DNA of 64,000 nucleotides from positions 8,122,001 through 8,186,000 of the forward strand of contig OY986946.1 of the NCBI GenBank assembly GCA_963920595.1, in the 5' to 3' direction. Source of the stretch: Eimeria praecox (taxonomy: Eukaryota). Both the position numbers and the translations under genes were made by a program. The notes under the pieces are model-generated. The model did not search any database and was not told the DNA's origin. It saw only the letters and a program-made list of their open reading frames with translations. Shown piece after piece: positions 1 through 21,300 of this stretch (positions are counted from its first letter, which is position 1; each line of letters begins with the position of its first letter).

Positions 1-8013
<8,013 letters not shown>

Positions 8014-8443
8014 ATAAAATTATTTTACAAGCACAATTTTTATAAATCGTGACCGTTCGCGTTTGCGGCGAAGCCAGGAGCTGACTTTGTTGTATGAGTC
8101 GCGCGAGAACGGATGGAATGGGAGCCTATGTTCCTTCCCTGGCTGATGCTGAGAACGGCCAGCCTTCTTTGCAGTATTTGCAAAGTGCTTGACAATTTTT
8201 TTTTTGCTCCGGTGTTGAGCCCTTAATAGTGCAATATTTGGTGTTAGTGTGGCAACATTCAACAATGTAGAGTAACCACATCTTAGAAGAGTAAATTGCA
8301 GTTCGTGAAATGTCATGACCTCAAAGCAGCTGAGGGAATAATGCGCAATATCTGTGGGGTAAGCCACGCGTAGCTCATTTGTGCTACCCTTGTACCAACG
8401 CAGCACCACACATTATGCAGATAGCTATTGCCGAGTACTGCCT

Positions 8444-9257
8444 TCATGGAAGTTTGTCGACAATCTCTTGTGGCATCATGACAGCATCTACAAGGTAGAT
8501 GTACCCATCATCGGCCTTCATTACATTGTCCAGGTCTACCATAGCGCAGCAAGGCAAGCTGTCCGGGTCGTCGCAGGAGGCAGTCCTCGTGTAGTCGCTC
8601 ACGCATACCTGAAAACACCACAAATCATTCCGTCATAAATTCGTATCAGGAACTTGCCTTATGAAGACTATGCACTGCTCTAGGCTTCTGTGCGCTGGTT
8701 TTCATCATGCGCTCACATAGCCATCCGGAGCGATGCTGGCAGTCTCGGAAAGCAATGAAACGATCGAGCCCTCAGCTTCCCATTTGCCACTGCGAATAGA
8801 CGCGGGGGTGACGACCATATCACTTGCCGCGAAGAGGATGAGCTGCAAGAAATCAATGGATAAAGTGTTTCAGCCTGACGGTCAGCCTTACATGACAGGG
8901 CAGGGGTGGTTTACAGTCCATAACACGGAAAAGAGCAGTGCAACGACTAAGATAGGATATCTCTACTCATCACAAGCTTACAGTCTCAACGTTTTGCTTG
9001 TTGTTGATGAGCGCTTGACGCCATTTGGGATGATCAGCATGGAGCTGATCGAAGGCTTCATTTGACGGAAGCATGAGGGTTAGCTGTGTTCCAAAACGAC
9101 TTGGATCTATATCGTCCAGAATACCTGCTTCTTCAGCAATTGACCTGGCCTCATACAAACGGTCATCTGTGCGAAGGTAATCCATGATACTCTTTGCATT
9201 GCAGGCCACTGGCACAAAAGCTGCCACTGCCGCTATGAGAGTTCCAAAACACTTCAT
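8444..9257 (-). CDS. Secreted fasciclin (FAS1) domain protein, 188 aa, 3 exons
   Basis: Exons 9257-8982, 8842-8717, 8608-8444 (GT-AG, phase 0). Signal-peptide-like N-terminus MKCFGTLIAAVAAFVPVACNA; FAS1 H1 motif TLMLPSNEAF; H2 motif ADDGYIYLVDAVMMP. Confidence 0.88.
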
Positions 9258-10715
9258 TTTCGGTGAAAGATATGAATTATTAGATTACAAATTTCCTTGA
9301 AGTTTTTTTCGTTTCTTTTGCAGTATCAAACTGATATAGTTGGCAGGCAATGGACTACCCACGCCTGAGGTGACCCCAGCCGGCGAGCGGCTACTGGATA
9401 GGCACGGTGGGGCGTGCACCAGCGCTGCGCTCACTCTGCCTCCAGCGACCAAACTTTTTGCAAACTATATTAAGTAATATTTCCTGAAAGTCATGCTTTC
9501 AATTTTGGGGTTTATTCCTGGAGTGATGAAGCCTTTAATCATGGCTTCCGACAACCCCGCAGTTTATGTCGAAAATGATAGGGAAAGCATTGCTGCCGCT
9601 TTGCTTAGATATTCTAACAGTGCAGAATTCCCTGTAGCCGCATGCATCAATGCTAAGATGGGCTTCCTGCAGCTCGACTGTGCCATTCCACAGTGTTTTT
9701 GTAACCACATGTAATTGTGACAGGGCCCTGGCCCGCGGGAGTGGTGTACTACGCTACACCTGAAGCGTCCCAAGTTTGTCCACTTGGTGCCAAAAGGACC
9801 ACAAGCATGAGTTATTTCATCTAATGCTGGTTGCTTTGCGAATGCAGATCTTTTACTCTATCGTCGGAGTTATGGGCATGCATGCCCCCCCAACCCAACC
9901 CTTATGGTATCCCTGTCCGGAGTGCGTACGGCGTACCAGCAGCAGTTACATGGAAAACACAGCAGACTAGACTGTGTAATTTCCTAGCAAAAAATTTCAG
10001 TGCAACAGTACAAGCACAAAAGTGGTTTAGGGACGAAAACTCTGCAGTTGAACTAGGCGAATACGACTGTTTCTCTATGACTCCAGGTAAGCATGTGCTA
10101 GCAGAGACTATATCTGCGACTCCTCTGTACCAAAAGCTGCTAGTGGAAATTTTGCTGCGCGACTAAATGTGAACGGCGACTACTAAAAATAGTCCAGCAT
10201 ATTATACCATGCTGTGCAACATTTTCCATTTAAGCTAGCAGGGTTCGATCGAACCCGCGAACCTCCGCTAAAGCTCAATATGCCAACCCACGCACAAAAT
10301 CCATCGCATATGCGTCCAGAACTTCGGCTCGGAGTATCGAGTCACAATTTTGGAATCAAATAACGGCCTATATCAAGCATTGAACTAGTTAGGCAGCCTT
10401 GCAGAGCGGCACAGGGCTCAGAAGCCCTTTGCGCTCCCTTGTGGCTTACACAGCAGAACTATATCGAACATCGTAATGAGCGTGGTTTGATGTTGCAGAA
10501 GAGCTGTGAACTAAGGTGCACCCAGAACAGTATTTCCCGCATTTGCTCAGCAAAAAAGGGTGGTGGCCTATGGAAACCGCGCAACCGTACTCAGCAAAGC
10601 AGGGATGCTTTATTTAATGCAGTGCAAACGGTTGCCAGGGCTTCTCATGCGGCCTTTCCCTTTCCATCGGTGCAGCTGGTTTACCGACGCCTAATGCCTG
10701 GCATTTGGTCAATGT

Positions 10716-13700
10716 TCAGGAGCCGCGCTGCTGTTTGTTCACGGATTTGTATTTTCGTGAGTCTTTTCGGCTCATTCGCGTCCGGTCTCGGCATCCTTTA
10801 CCTCCCTGACGCGCAAGAGCAAACAGGAATTACTACCGCTTGGAAGTTCCCTTTCACTTTGCTTTGCAGGCCATATTACCATTATATAATTATCTATAAT
10901 AATAATAATTATCATTAGACTTTGGGGTATTCAGACTACAGAAGAATAACTTGCCTCCCAGTGCGCTGTGCCCCCGTCTTTCGTCAGTGATTTCCCGCAA
11001 GCACACGGCTTCCCATTGGCGAAGGGTTGCTCGGCTGAACAGAAGCCGCAAATCATGCGCGTCGCCCATTCGTGTTCGTGATCTTCCGTGCTGTCATGGC
11101 ATACATCACAGGGGTATGCCTGAGAAAGAGCATACGCATCTCGCACAAATGCTCACATCGCTTCTACCTACAGTACCACCGCGACTGGCACCACGCTCTT
11201 CTTCAGCGGCATTTACTATGCCAGCACAGTGATAAAAAGGAGAAATTCCACAGGCTTTTGCAAGCAACGCAAATGGCCTGCCTTGCCACAGCAGGGAAAG
11301 CGAAGCCACCGAAACGACTTCCTGTAGTGCTTGCATGTCCCAAAATCTGCTAGTGGAGATCCAACGACGATCCGGAGGTCTTGCTTCCGCTGTTTTTGCT
11401 GGGCACTGCAGGCTGGACGACTTCTGAGTATCAACACCAACTGCGCATGCAGATTTACTCAAATGTACACAAAGAGCCCTGTGTTCCTGATGAGGCAACA
11501 CACGGCAGGTACTGCCAGCTGTGGCAAAGCTGATCCGTCTCAAGCTCAGCCGCATATTGCTCCTGTATTTGTACCTAGCTCCGTACGAACCTCACACAAC
11601 CGGTGCAACTACGCACACAAACCAGAAAATGAATTCAGTGTACGCTAAAGGATCAGGTGAAGGCTAAACGCCCAACCGCCCACCTTGAGTCGCCTGTGCC
11701 TAAGCCGCAAACTACTGCAAGTCCGAGAGCAGCGCCTTGGAAGCCGAAGGTGATTTTTGAGTGGCAATGACGACAATGATTTGTCCGTGGAGAGCCTGCA
11801 GAATTGTCAGCAAAACGCCAGGAACGGAACGAAGTAACTGCTGGTGCGCAATCATGGACTTCGTGTTCATCGAACTCTAAATATTTAGAAGCCACCAAGT
11901 CAGCTGTTTTGTGCAGCACGCCTAAGCAAGTACAAAAGCACCACAAATACGTGCTGTGCCATGTGGTGGGACGCAACTACTTACCGCTTTGCACCTCTCG
12001 CGCCTTCATGTTGGCCCCGCAGCAGTCACACGCCAAGATGAAATCACACGGCAGTAAGTCCTTGAGATAGCAGTCCACTGGTTGTACAATTGCCACCCGC
12101 ATTAGTTGGCTCCCCGAAATGCCAATTACTGGCTGCACTCTTATGCCCATGCGCAGCTGGCATTTGGCGCAGCCAACCGAGCAGCCTGCAGCGTACACAT
12201 CCAGTCGGCCTTTGTTCCCCCCCGAGCTTGCATTCTCCTTGAACGCTTTTTAAAATTACCTTGGGAATGCCGCACAAGCAGACCCGGAGCTAGGCAAGTT
12301 ATTCAACCACCCGGGATGCTCTGCAAACGCCCACTCCAACTTATAGGCTAACAGAAGTCATTCGCCTTATCGCTTCGGCGAAAAATGAATATCCAAGAAT
12401 CCTTATAAATATCCCAAACCCATGTATAATAAGCCCTCGAAGGGAATATGCCGCTGGCAATTCTTTGGCACAGTTACCTGCAGGCTCCAGGGAGGCTCCA
12501 TCCTTTGGCAACGAAACGCGCAAATCCACTGCAGCTCTGCACCGGCCACAGGTGACTTGGAGCTGAATGCAACTCAAATGGAGAGAAGATATTCCTTCCG
12601 TTGTGCTACCAATCAGAGAAACATCGGTGCCCCGTAACGTTTGAGGCTCTACCCCCAAATGAACTTCTCCATCTTGTCCTTTATTGTCATGCACCGATTC
12701 CCCCGTGCCATCGTGCTGCTCTTCTACCTTGTCACACTTGTTGATACTTGCTTCTTTTATTATTGCCTGAAGCCGCCAAAGCCGCAGCATAAATTCGTAA
12801 ATTTGTTCGTCAGCTTCATTCATGCCTTGCCCATATCGGCATGCCCCCACACCACCCGTTCAGCAAATTGACAGAAAGGCCCTGGAAATAGGAATGAATG
12901 CTTGTTCAAGCTCCCTTCGCAATTAAGTTAACGAACAAAGCGTAGACGTATTCACCTGCTGGCGTTGGCTCAGCACGTTTTCTCTGCAGAGCTGAAATCT
13001 AATTGCGCACTCTTTGGCCGTGCGGCTTCCCACATGACTGCTGATGTTCCGCCAACGCAAAGTTGGCTCCGCAACTCGGCGGTACAGGACCACCGCTTCC
13101 TCCAGCCTGAATCAAAATGCAGAGTATCTAAAGGCTGTCTGCTATAGTTGTGATGCTGGTGAAGCGATGAAACTTAGGCGCACCATTCCCAGGCAGTCGG
13201 GCACTGGTCTTGGCATGCCAGATGCAAGGAAATTCTTCTAGTACCATGAACAGCCGCCAAGTCATCCACTACTGGCTATCTCCCCAACGCCTGTAATTGA
13301 TGCTGAAGCAGCCACGCTAAGAGAATGCAACGAATTACAGCGAATTCAAGTATTTCCGAAGCATTTCAATGCCTGCGCAGAAATTTGGTAGCTGGAACTC
13401 CTAGGCAGTTACATACAGAGATGCTCAAATTGTAATGGAACACTAGGCCCCTACCTCTTCTGCTCCTCTTCGGTCCAAGGCAGCTCAACCCTCGGTGAAG
13501 GCGCGTCCTTGGGAGCCAGCTCGAGCTCGAATATTTCCTTCATGTGTCTGTCCAATGCTTTGATAGCTGTACGTACGGGGTCTGTTTTTTCGTGCTTAGT
13601 GAGCTGATTTTCAATGACTTTCGAGAACACCAGCTCTATAGCATCGCGGCGCAAGTCGTTTATTTCCTGATTGCAGACCTTTAAAACAGCTACAGAAGAC

Positions 13701-15454
13701 GAAGGCCCTCGGTCCAGCGCCTTAACAGCAGCGTCTCCCTCCGGTCTAGCGCTAGAGGACGCATGAGAAGCAACTCCACCGCACAATTTGCCAGAACGTG
13801 GTGTTGCTGTTGCTGCACCAGGAGGTTCAAATTGCTGTCCACTGCGTCCAGAGCCGAGCCCATCCTTGGCGGTGCACCCTGTCTCTGGCACGTTCGTGGG
13901 CCCTTCCGAAATTGCAGCAGCACTTGCGGTGGGAGTGGCAACAGCTGTTCCTTCTGTTGCATCGCTAAAGTCCTTGAATCCAGGAAAGTGCACAAGCACC
14001 GCCTCTGCCCCCGGATACGTCTTCCCCATTGTTATGCACAGACGCAGCCCACAGGGCAGCAGATTCGCATCAAACTCAGGATCCGTTGGTATCAGTTGCA
14101 GCTCAAACTTGCACAGTATTGAGCTGGCTATCTCCGGCTCACAACTAGCTGCTTCTCGCCCACCAGTAGCTGTCTTGTGCGCACAGCCAACTCGGCAGCT
14201 GTCCTCAGGGTCTTTTCTGAGATCCAGAGCAGGAGCCGGTGTAGCGAGGGAGCATGGGACCTCGCAGGTAGTGTTGCTTGATTGGCGTATTGTAGGGTGA
14301 GCTGCTACAGCTGAATTAGAAATCCTTTGGGTGGGGGAGCCGAACTCACCAGGGAATGACCCCCCCTTGCTTGCACTATACGGTTGCTGCTTCAGCAAGG
14401 GTAAGAGCAATGGATGGCACGACAACAGAGAAAAGGAGCTACTAAACTGATGACGCAGTCGCTGCAGCTCGACCACCACAGCGGAGACCCCCTCAGCCAA
14501 TTGGGGGCGTGCGCAAGCGGGTCGAGAAGACGCAGGCTGCCGCCGCTGTCGTTGTTGCTGCTGGTGCTCCTGTTTCTCCTGCTCTTGCTGCTGCTGTTGC
14601 TGCTGCTGGTGTTGGTTGGGCGTTTCCTGCTGCTGGCCCTGAAGTGATTGTTGACGCCGCTGTCGGAAATCATGCTGCACTTCAGGCTGCTGCCTTTGCC
14701 GCTGTTGTGAGGGTTTTCTTCCCACACCCCGCTGCTGCGCTCGTTGATGTCGCTGCTGCTGCCGCTCACGCTGTTTTTGCTGCTGCTCCTCATGTTGTTG
14801 AACCTGTTGATGCTCTTGGTGCTGCTTTTGCTCCTGCTTTTGTGCTTGCGGCTCCTCTTTTTCTTGTGGTACTGGCCGCCACATGTAGAGCACTTGTTGC
14901 TGCGATCTGCACCGTCTGCTCTGCTGTTGCTGCCTCTTGTTGTGCTGTGTTCCGACGTGTGTCTGTCCTTGCTGCTGATTCTGCTGCTGCCCCATCGCTG
15001 GTGTCCTTCCCGGCACTTTGTTGGCCTCCCCCTTCCAATCATCTGCTGAGAAGGCCACAACCCCCGATGGGCAGGAAGGCCCCGGGGAATCCTGAAGGTG
15101 TTCCCGTTGCTGGCTCTGTTGAGTTTTCCTAACGCCATGAAAGTGCCCCTTCATATGGTTTTGCCTGTAGAAGTTATTGGGGCGCGCATCTCCTCTGGAG
15201 GGCCCTTGTGGATTCCTACTTAAGGCTGGCGAGAAGGATTTGGGAGGGCCCCTTTGGTGCCCAGGTCTCTCCTGAATACTGACCTGTCCTTCCTGCCTCT
15301 TATTTGCCTCAGAAAGAGGGTGTGAGCGAGTCTGTGGAGGCTCCTGGGGTCCATTTGGGTTTTGCAGATGCTGATGTGGCACTCTCCCAGAAGGGCCATG
15401 TGGGCATGCTGGCGGAGATGTATCTCCGTGCTGATCGTCGGGGAACATCTCCAT
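10716..15454 (-). CDS. Multi-exon CHY-type zinc-finger protein with Gln-rich N-terminus, RWD-like segment and Myb/SANT domain
   Basis: Large first exon (ATG 15454) ends PWTEEEQKR and continues LEEAVVLYRR..LRWRNISSHVGSRTAKECAIRF near 13107-12960 (Myb/SANT). Middle exons carry CxxC pairs. C-terminus GTCKHYRKSFRWLRFPCCGK|AYPCDVCHD..MICGFCSAEQP..HWE|GGKGCRDRTRMSRKDSRKY..* is the conserved CHY-zinc-finger tail. Last exons 11119-10955 and 10805-10716; middle exon boundaries not fully resolved. Confidence 0.82.
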
Positions 15455-18309
15455 TGGAGTTGCAGGGGATCCTTTCCCGAGGCATACAGTAGGCGATATA
15501 ACTAGAAAATGCAATGCTATGGTCGTCAGAGCCAGAAAAGGAAAAGTCCTTTTCCCGGCTACACGAGGATGCGCTACCCCAGCCAGGCGTCAGAAGCTTT
15601 AGTCTGCGCTGCACACATCGCAGGATGAGCTACTGCTTTTGCTTATTCCCAAGCCTGATAATAGCTGCCCCTGTTGCCTGGTGGGTGATTAGCGGAGATC
15701 AGTGGAAGAAGCCTCTTCACCCATCCTTCCCGCCTATCACGCCGAGCCTAAATCCAAGCAGTCCCTCTCGCTTTTGTTGGGATTTAAAGGAATTATGCGA
15801 AATAGTTTGACCATCTCTATGCTAGAGCGCAGCCGCACACCTTTGTGGAAAAGGGTCCTGTAATTGGGCCAGCGCCGAGAAGGGCCCCCAACCCCCAAAG
15901 CCTGGGTCGCAATCCTTGTTGTAAAGCTACATCCAGCAAGCTGCATGCTTTATTTCTGAATTAAATATGTTTAAAGGCATCAGAGGGAATAGAGAGGGAA
16001 GCCGACGGTGCCGCATCACCAGCTTACGGAAGGCTCTGTCCCACGAGCGCCCTGCCACGCCTACACTGTTGCGACCGCCAAACCAATCGGTTACGTGAGT
16101 GCGCATGCGGCGCCCTACTCTTCTAGTGTATACACAGCTACATTACTGTGACTTATTTCGCAGAGTGACTGCTGGGCGTTCATGAGCACGGCGGCTCATT
16201 GGCTCGCATAGCTCCAGTTGGTTTAGCTTGCACTCAGGGTGGAGCGCCAAGTAAGCGTTAAACAGTTGTCTACAGTGTCGTCGCATGCGGCGAAGCGGTT
16301 TTGGTTGTGTTGGCGTGCGGGACTGTCTTGCAGCGTTGGTCATGACATGAAGGGTGGTCTATGTACGTTGGCAAATACATTCCTACTGCTTGCGTGCAGG
16401 CTGCATACTTAATGCCGAAGAAGAGTTCAGCTGTTGTCTACAGTGTTAGTACATGAAGCAGAATGGGCTTGGTTGTGTTCGCATGCAGGGTTGCCTTGCC
16501 GCACTAGCTGCATAGGTTCCAACTAATAGCAGGCCTCCTGCTCTTCCCAGCAGGCCCTGGCCCTTTGGCCGCTGTGCCCTGCGCAGGCAGCCTGGCAGTT
16601 CGAGGGGATGCCATTTGCTTGGGGGGAACTCCTAGTTTTAATGTCTCAACTAACTTACAGTCCCCTCGCCCACTGGGCACCGCGGCCAAGAGGTGGCCAG
16701 TCGTGTGTGGCAATTCGCCTTGCTGCAAAGCCTGTTGCAAAGGAACCCAACGCGCATGTTTACCCAGTTCAGCTATGCCTGCATGCACTGAAAGTGTAGG
16801 CAATTATTACGAACGTAGTTCGCCCCCATTATCCAGCCTATATGCAGGCAGAGATGCATTCCAGAATGCCGCAATATGAGTTTAGTGAGGACTTCTGCCT
16901 TGCAAAGGCAATCTCGAGAACCTGGTTGAGCAAGATGATGACTTCTCCCTTGTCGTCCATATTTAGAGTTAAAGCTGTGGCGCCCCAATGAGGCGGTTGC
17001 GATGCGCTTCCACTCATTTGGCGAGTGCTCGTCAATTTTTTTCCAGTGTTGTTTCTATTTATTTCGTAAGCTGCAGGAGTTATATGTTTAGACACCGGAA
17101 GCAGATCCTTGAAAGGCCAGTTGCATCGAGGATTCCGCCTTGACTGACTACCAAGTTATTTTAGGCAAGTGCCCTTCGATTGGGTGACTTTCTACACGAT
17201 GTGAACAGGCTAGTGGACGTAGATGTAGCTGTTAGGTGGTAGATGTGTATCGCGGGCGCCCCGGGAAGGACCGAGATATTGCTTCGACCTCTGCATTTCC
17301 TTACGAAAGAGCTGCAGCAGTGGACTGGAAAATGAATGATGGCCGTTGTGTGGCCAGATGCAGTGGGGCTCTGCAAGCATCTCCAATTGAGTATCCCCAC
17401 ACAAAAAAGACACGATGACTTTCTGCGCCAGAAAATTCCAGTCCTTCCCACCGCTGTTGCCCTGGAGCTATTTCCCTTCAACTGTGCATGCGGCGGTGTG
17501 AATTGTGTGGTGTGAATTGTAGCGGAAGGAGTACGGCGTCCAAAAGGCTATCCCTGATTCATCAAATGCAAAGAGGTTGACAAAGTGCTGGAAGGTAACC
17601 CAGCTTGGCGGCTTGTTTTTAATGACAAATGTTGCTGCCCCGTCTCGTGGTCTCGTTCATCGACCTCCGACAGCAAGAAGACAACGCAGAGGAATGAACC
17701 TTCTAAAATTCCTTCTTTTCAAAAACAAAATATGAAGCTTATCCTTTTCATGTCATACTTTTGCTGTTCGTTGCATCCGTTGCAGGTGAAGCATTGTTTG
17801 AGTAGCTGGAACTTCCCGCCCGTCAGGCAATTACTCCTCACTAGAACACGGTAGAGCGTATACGGCTGCATCGGGATTCAATTCCTTCCTTCATTCCGAA
17901 AGACGGCAGTTAAACCCAAATAATTGATCTTAAGCCCATGTACTTGTGCTGTGGTGCTTAATTTATATGCACATTTGCAAAAGACTTTGCGCTTCCGTCT
18001 TCAAGTTCAAGCGCCATCGCTGCTTGCCTTTGGCCCGACAAGCGCGGATGCTTGCCCGCCTTCCCACCGTTTCTGCATCTGCGGCCACTCATAAGAAATC
18101 AAAGTTTATCCAGCAATAAAGGCTTCATTATTTGATGAATTTTATGCATTTCGTCGATGGGCGGGAGGCTGCTGGGCACGACGGAAGAGGCCTCAGGCCA
18201 TCATATCGGGGTCATCAGCGTTCGCTTGGAAGCCCAAGCTTCTTTCATGTTCTGTCCATTTTGTGCATGAATTCGAGGCTGAATGGACGGTTGGGGCTTT
18301 AGAGTGTAG

Positions 18310-21300
18310 ACAGGATAGTTCGTTATTAAGGTCCCAGTCCAGCCTGTTCCCCCAACAGTTCTCACTCCAGTGGTCACTCCCTCCTCACCTGCCAACGTGC
18401 GCTACGACAAACAATGCCCAGCTGCGCTGCAGGCTTTCGGGACCATCTTCGAACCCCATTTACAGTATCTTTACAAAGGGGGACAACTATCATCCGCTGC
18501 ACGCGTAAGCTGGGGCTGCTGGGACATAGCGCACATACACTTGCTCACGAGCCATGTTGTTGTGCATAATGCAAACCCGATGTGAAGGGAGCTAAAAACG
18601 AAGGAGGCGCATGTCTTGCCGTCTGCGCAGCTCCCAAGGCTATCATCGACCGCCAGGAGGAAAACAAATGTGCGTCAGTCATTTCCTTTCCCTTCCACCC
18701 TTGCGCAATCATTTTGTCACTTTGTGCATCTTCCAGGCAGTGTTCTCATGTTTCTTCCCCCATTTATGCATTTTAGGGGGCAAGATATTTGCATATAGTG
18801 TTGCGCACCCTTCTTTGGTTTCCGGGCAACGATCGCACGTGGCCATTTCACCCCACGCCGGAATATTTGTTGTTGAACAGATTCATCTGTCTAATTGAGC
18901 CCTGCGTATGCTCCCACATGTACTTTTGTATATACATATGCATATGCGCGTATATGTCTGCAATGGCTCTTCATCAAGTGCCGCTGCTACCGTTGGTACA
19001 GGTTGTGGGTTGCCACAGAGGTACTGCATCTGGCCCGATCTTACTAAGAGCCAAGGATGTATAACCAGCCTTTATGCGTGTAAGTGGGGTATTGTCTTAT
19101 TGCTTGCAGACTCGAAGTACTACAATGACGTGAACCGGCGCCGAGCCCCTATGCCATCTCTGTTTGGGGACTCACGAAATCGGGTGCTCTCCGGATGCGC
19201 CAGGCATCCTCAGAGAGGTGCGCCTTGTAGGGAAGCAGCTCCGCTAAGGCATCTCAAATCCTGCAGGGTGGCAGAAAGGATAGAAGGGAGTTCAGGAGCA
19301 GATTCCCAACCCGTCGCGACAGCAGAAAAGCGCACGAGGGTTCGTCTGCTGCTGCACAATGGTTCCTTCTTTTTAAGGGTTTGCTCTTGAAATATGTCTT
19401 CCTGTGCCATAACGGCGAGTTGATACCTAACTCTGAGCGCATACAGCATCTCCAGTAGCTGTCCTTATGCGTTGAGGATGAGTTTTACGCGTGTTAGGCG
19501 AATGTGTGCTATTTTATCTCTCTCAGGAGCCATCTAGAACGCCTTCTCACCCTTTAAGCGAAGCAAACAGCCAGTACAGTCCTGGCCTTGAAGCTGAGAA
19601 GGGAGACGAAGATAGCGCTCCAGTCTTTGCACTGCCTGAGCCGCCGGTCTCTCCGAAAGTTGTGGTGGACTGGGGCCAAGCGGGCCCGTCTTCAGATGGA
19701 CAGGAGCCCGCCTCAGACGATGAACCCAAACGTAAGGAAGGGACGCTGTAGCACTTAGTTGCACTGCATAGCGTATGCCTTTACCTATACTCCAGGAACT
19801 CTGCGTATGGCTGGGTATCATACAGCTCCTTTCTGCTTGGGGAGAGGGATGGTTGTTTCTTTATGCATCTGCCTAGGGAGAGAGCGTATTGTAGCCCCTT
19901 CTCATATTTTTTTTGAGGGGCCAAATGATAATACATGAACTGCATATGGTTAGCAAATTTTTTCGCAGGGACCGAGAAGGGTCCGGGTAGGAAGAAGTTA
20001 TGCACGGCTTCAATATGAGTGCCTCAGGTGCTGGATGCCCCTGCGGTGTGCAGAGATCGCTGGTTTATTATCAGGAGCGGGGAGAGGAAGGAGCTTTATT
20101 GCTGGTACTTAACCGTATGATGTGAACTTTGCAGGTGCAAACCACTTGACAGACGAGAGGGTGATTCGGGGGTACATCGGCATCGCATATGCGCTTCTAC
20201 GCCACTTCGAGGAGGCTCTAGGAACGCGACAGCGGCTAACGGCAGGCAGTTTAGAGTGTGCCGAGACTGTTTGCAGTGCTCTCAATGCAATCCAAGACTC
20301 AAACCCCAGATTGCAGTTGCTCACGCAACGCATTGCAACTGCTATTGGCCTTCTACACAGGCGGAAAACGCTGGAAGACCAAGACGCAGCAGAACGAGGA
20401 GTTCTTTACGGAGATGTGGTGGGGCAACATAAAGCCCCATAGGACTTGTAGCTGCATTGACCGCTTAAGGTCACAGAGACGGAGGTATGGTTTCTCTGTT
20501 TGTCCTTGTACTTCGGCGCAGGAGTTCCCATATCCCGGAGTCGGCATAACCAGTTACACCTCAGGTCCGCGGAGCTACACATCCCGCATGCACATATGCC
20601 GTCCCAGCGGTGTTGAAGTGGGCTCAGTGATTCGTGGGTCTCCCGGATCTCTGCAAAAGACACAGGAAGAGGAGATGGACGCATGGGGGCGGCGCAGGTG
20701 CTGCAGTAATTTTCCCTTACAGACAGTGCAGCGGGGGACGAGACAGCAACGGCGCATTGCTGGGCTTCCTACTCCCAAAATTGAGCCCGTGCATGATAAA
20801 ACGAAGGATATGCAGGCGGACCCCGAGGGACCTCTCGGGGTGGCACCTAGCCCCTCACGGCAGTTTGCAGGAGAGGTGGAGAGACACGCCACTAGCGTGG
20901 AAGGCACTGCAATTGCTGTTCCTCCTGGGAAGCGCGTGGACGTCTGGCTGCAAGGCAGCGGCGCGCTAGCGGTAGCGGGAGTCAAGGAAGGCATGCCTTG
21001 CACACCCTCGACAGGCGCTTCCTCTCTATTTCTGGGAACTGAACAGCGCCTCAAGACTTCGGCAGTTGAGGGAAGTAGCTGTGAGAGGTTTTACAGCGCC
21101 GTGGAGCCCACTGGGAAACTTGCAGAGGATCAAGTTTTCCTTTTTCCGTCTAGCGCTCGGACGAGAGGTCCACAGTCCACAGATGGCCTCCCTACAACGC
21201 ATCTTGTTGGGCCGCACGCCGGGCGGGAGTCTTCCAGTGCTAACCAGAGCCACAGAGTCATGTGTCCAGCCATTCCCTTTCGAGAATCGGAAGGAAACTT

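Noticed and set aside
8020..8409. 129-aa minus-strand ORF downstream of the FAS1 gene
   Set aside because: Non-ATG start, lies past the FAS1 stop codon in the shared 3' region, and has no recognisable motif.
9493..9714. ORF starting LSILGFIPGV, resembling Pmp3-family proteolipids
   Set aside because: Only a short word matches; the remaining hydrophobic helices are absent.
10236..10310. Functional tRNA gene
   Set aside because: Only a T-arm-like fragment with an insertion; no acceptor stem, D-arm or anticodon arm can be built.
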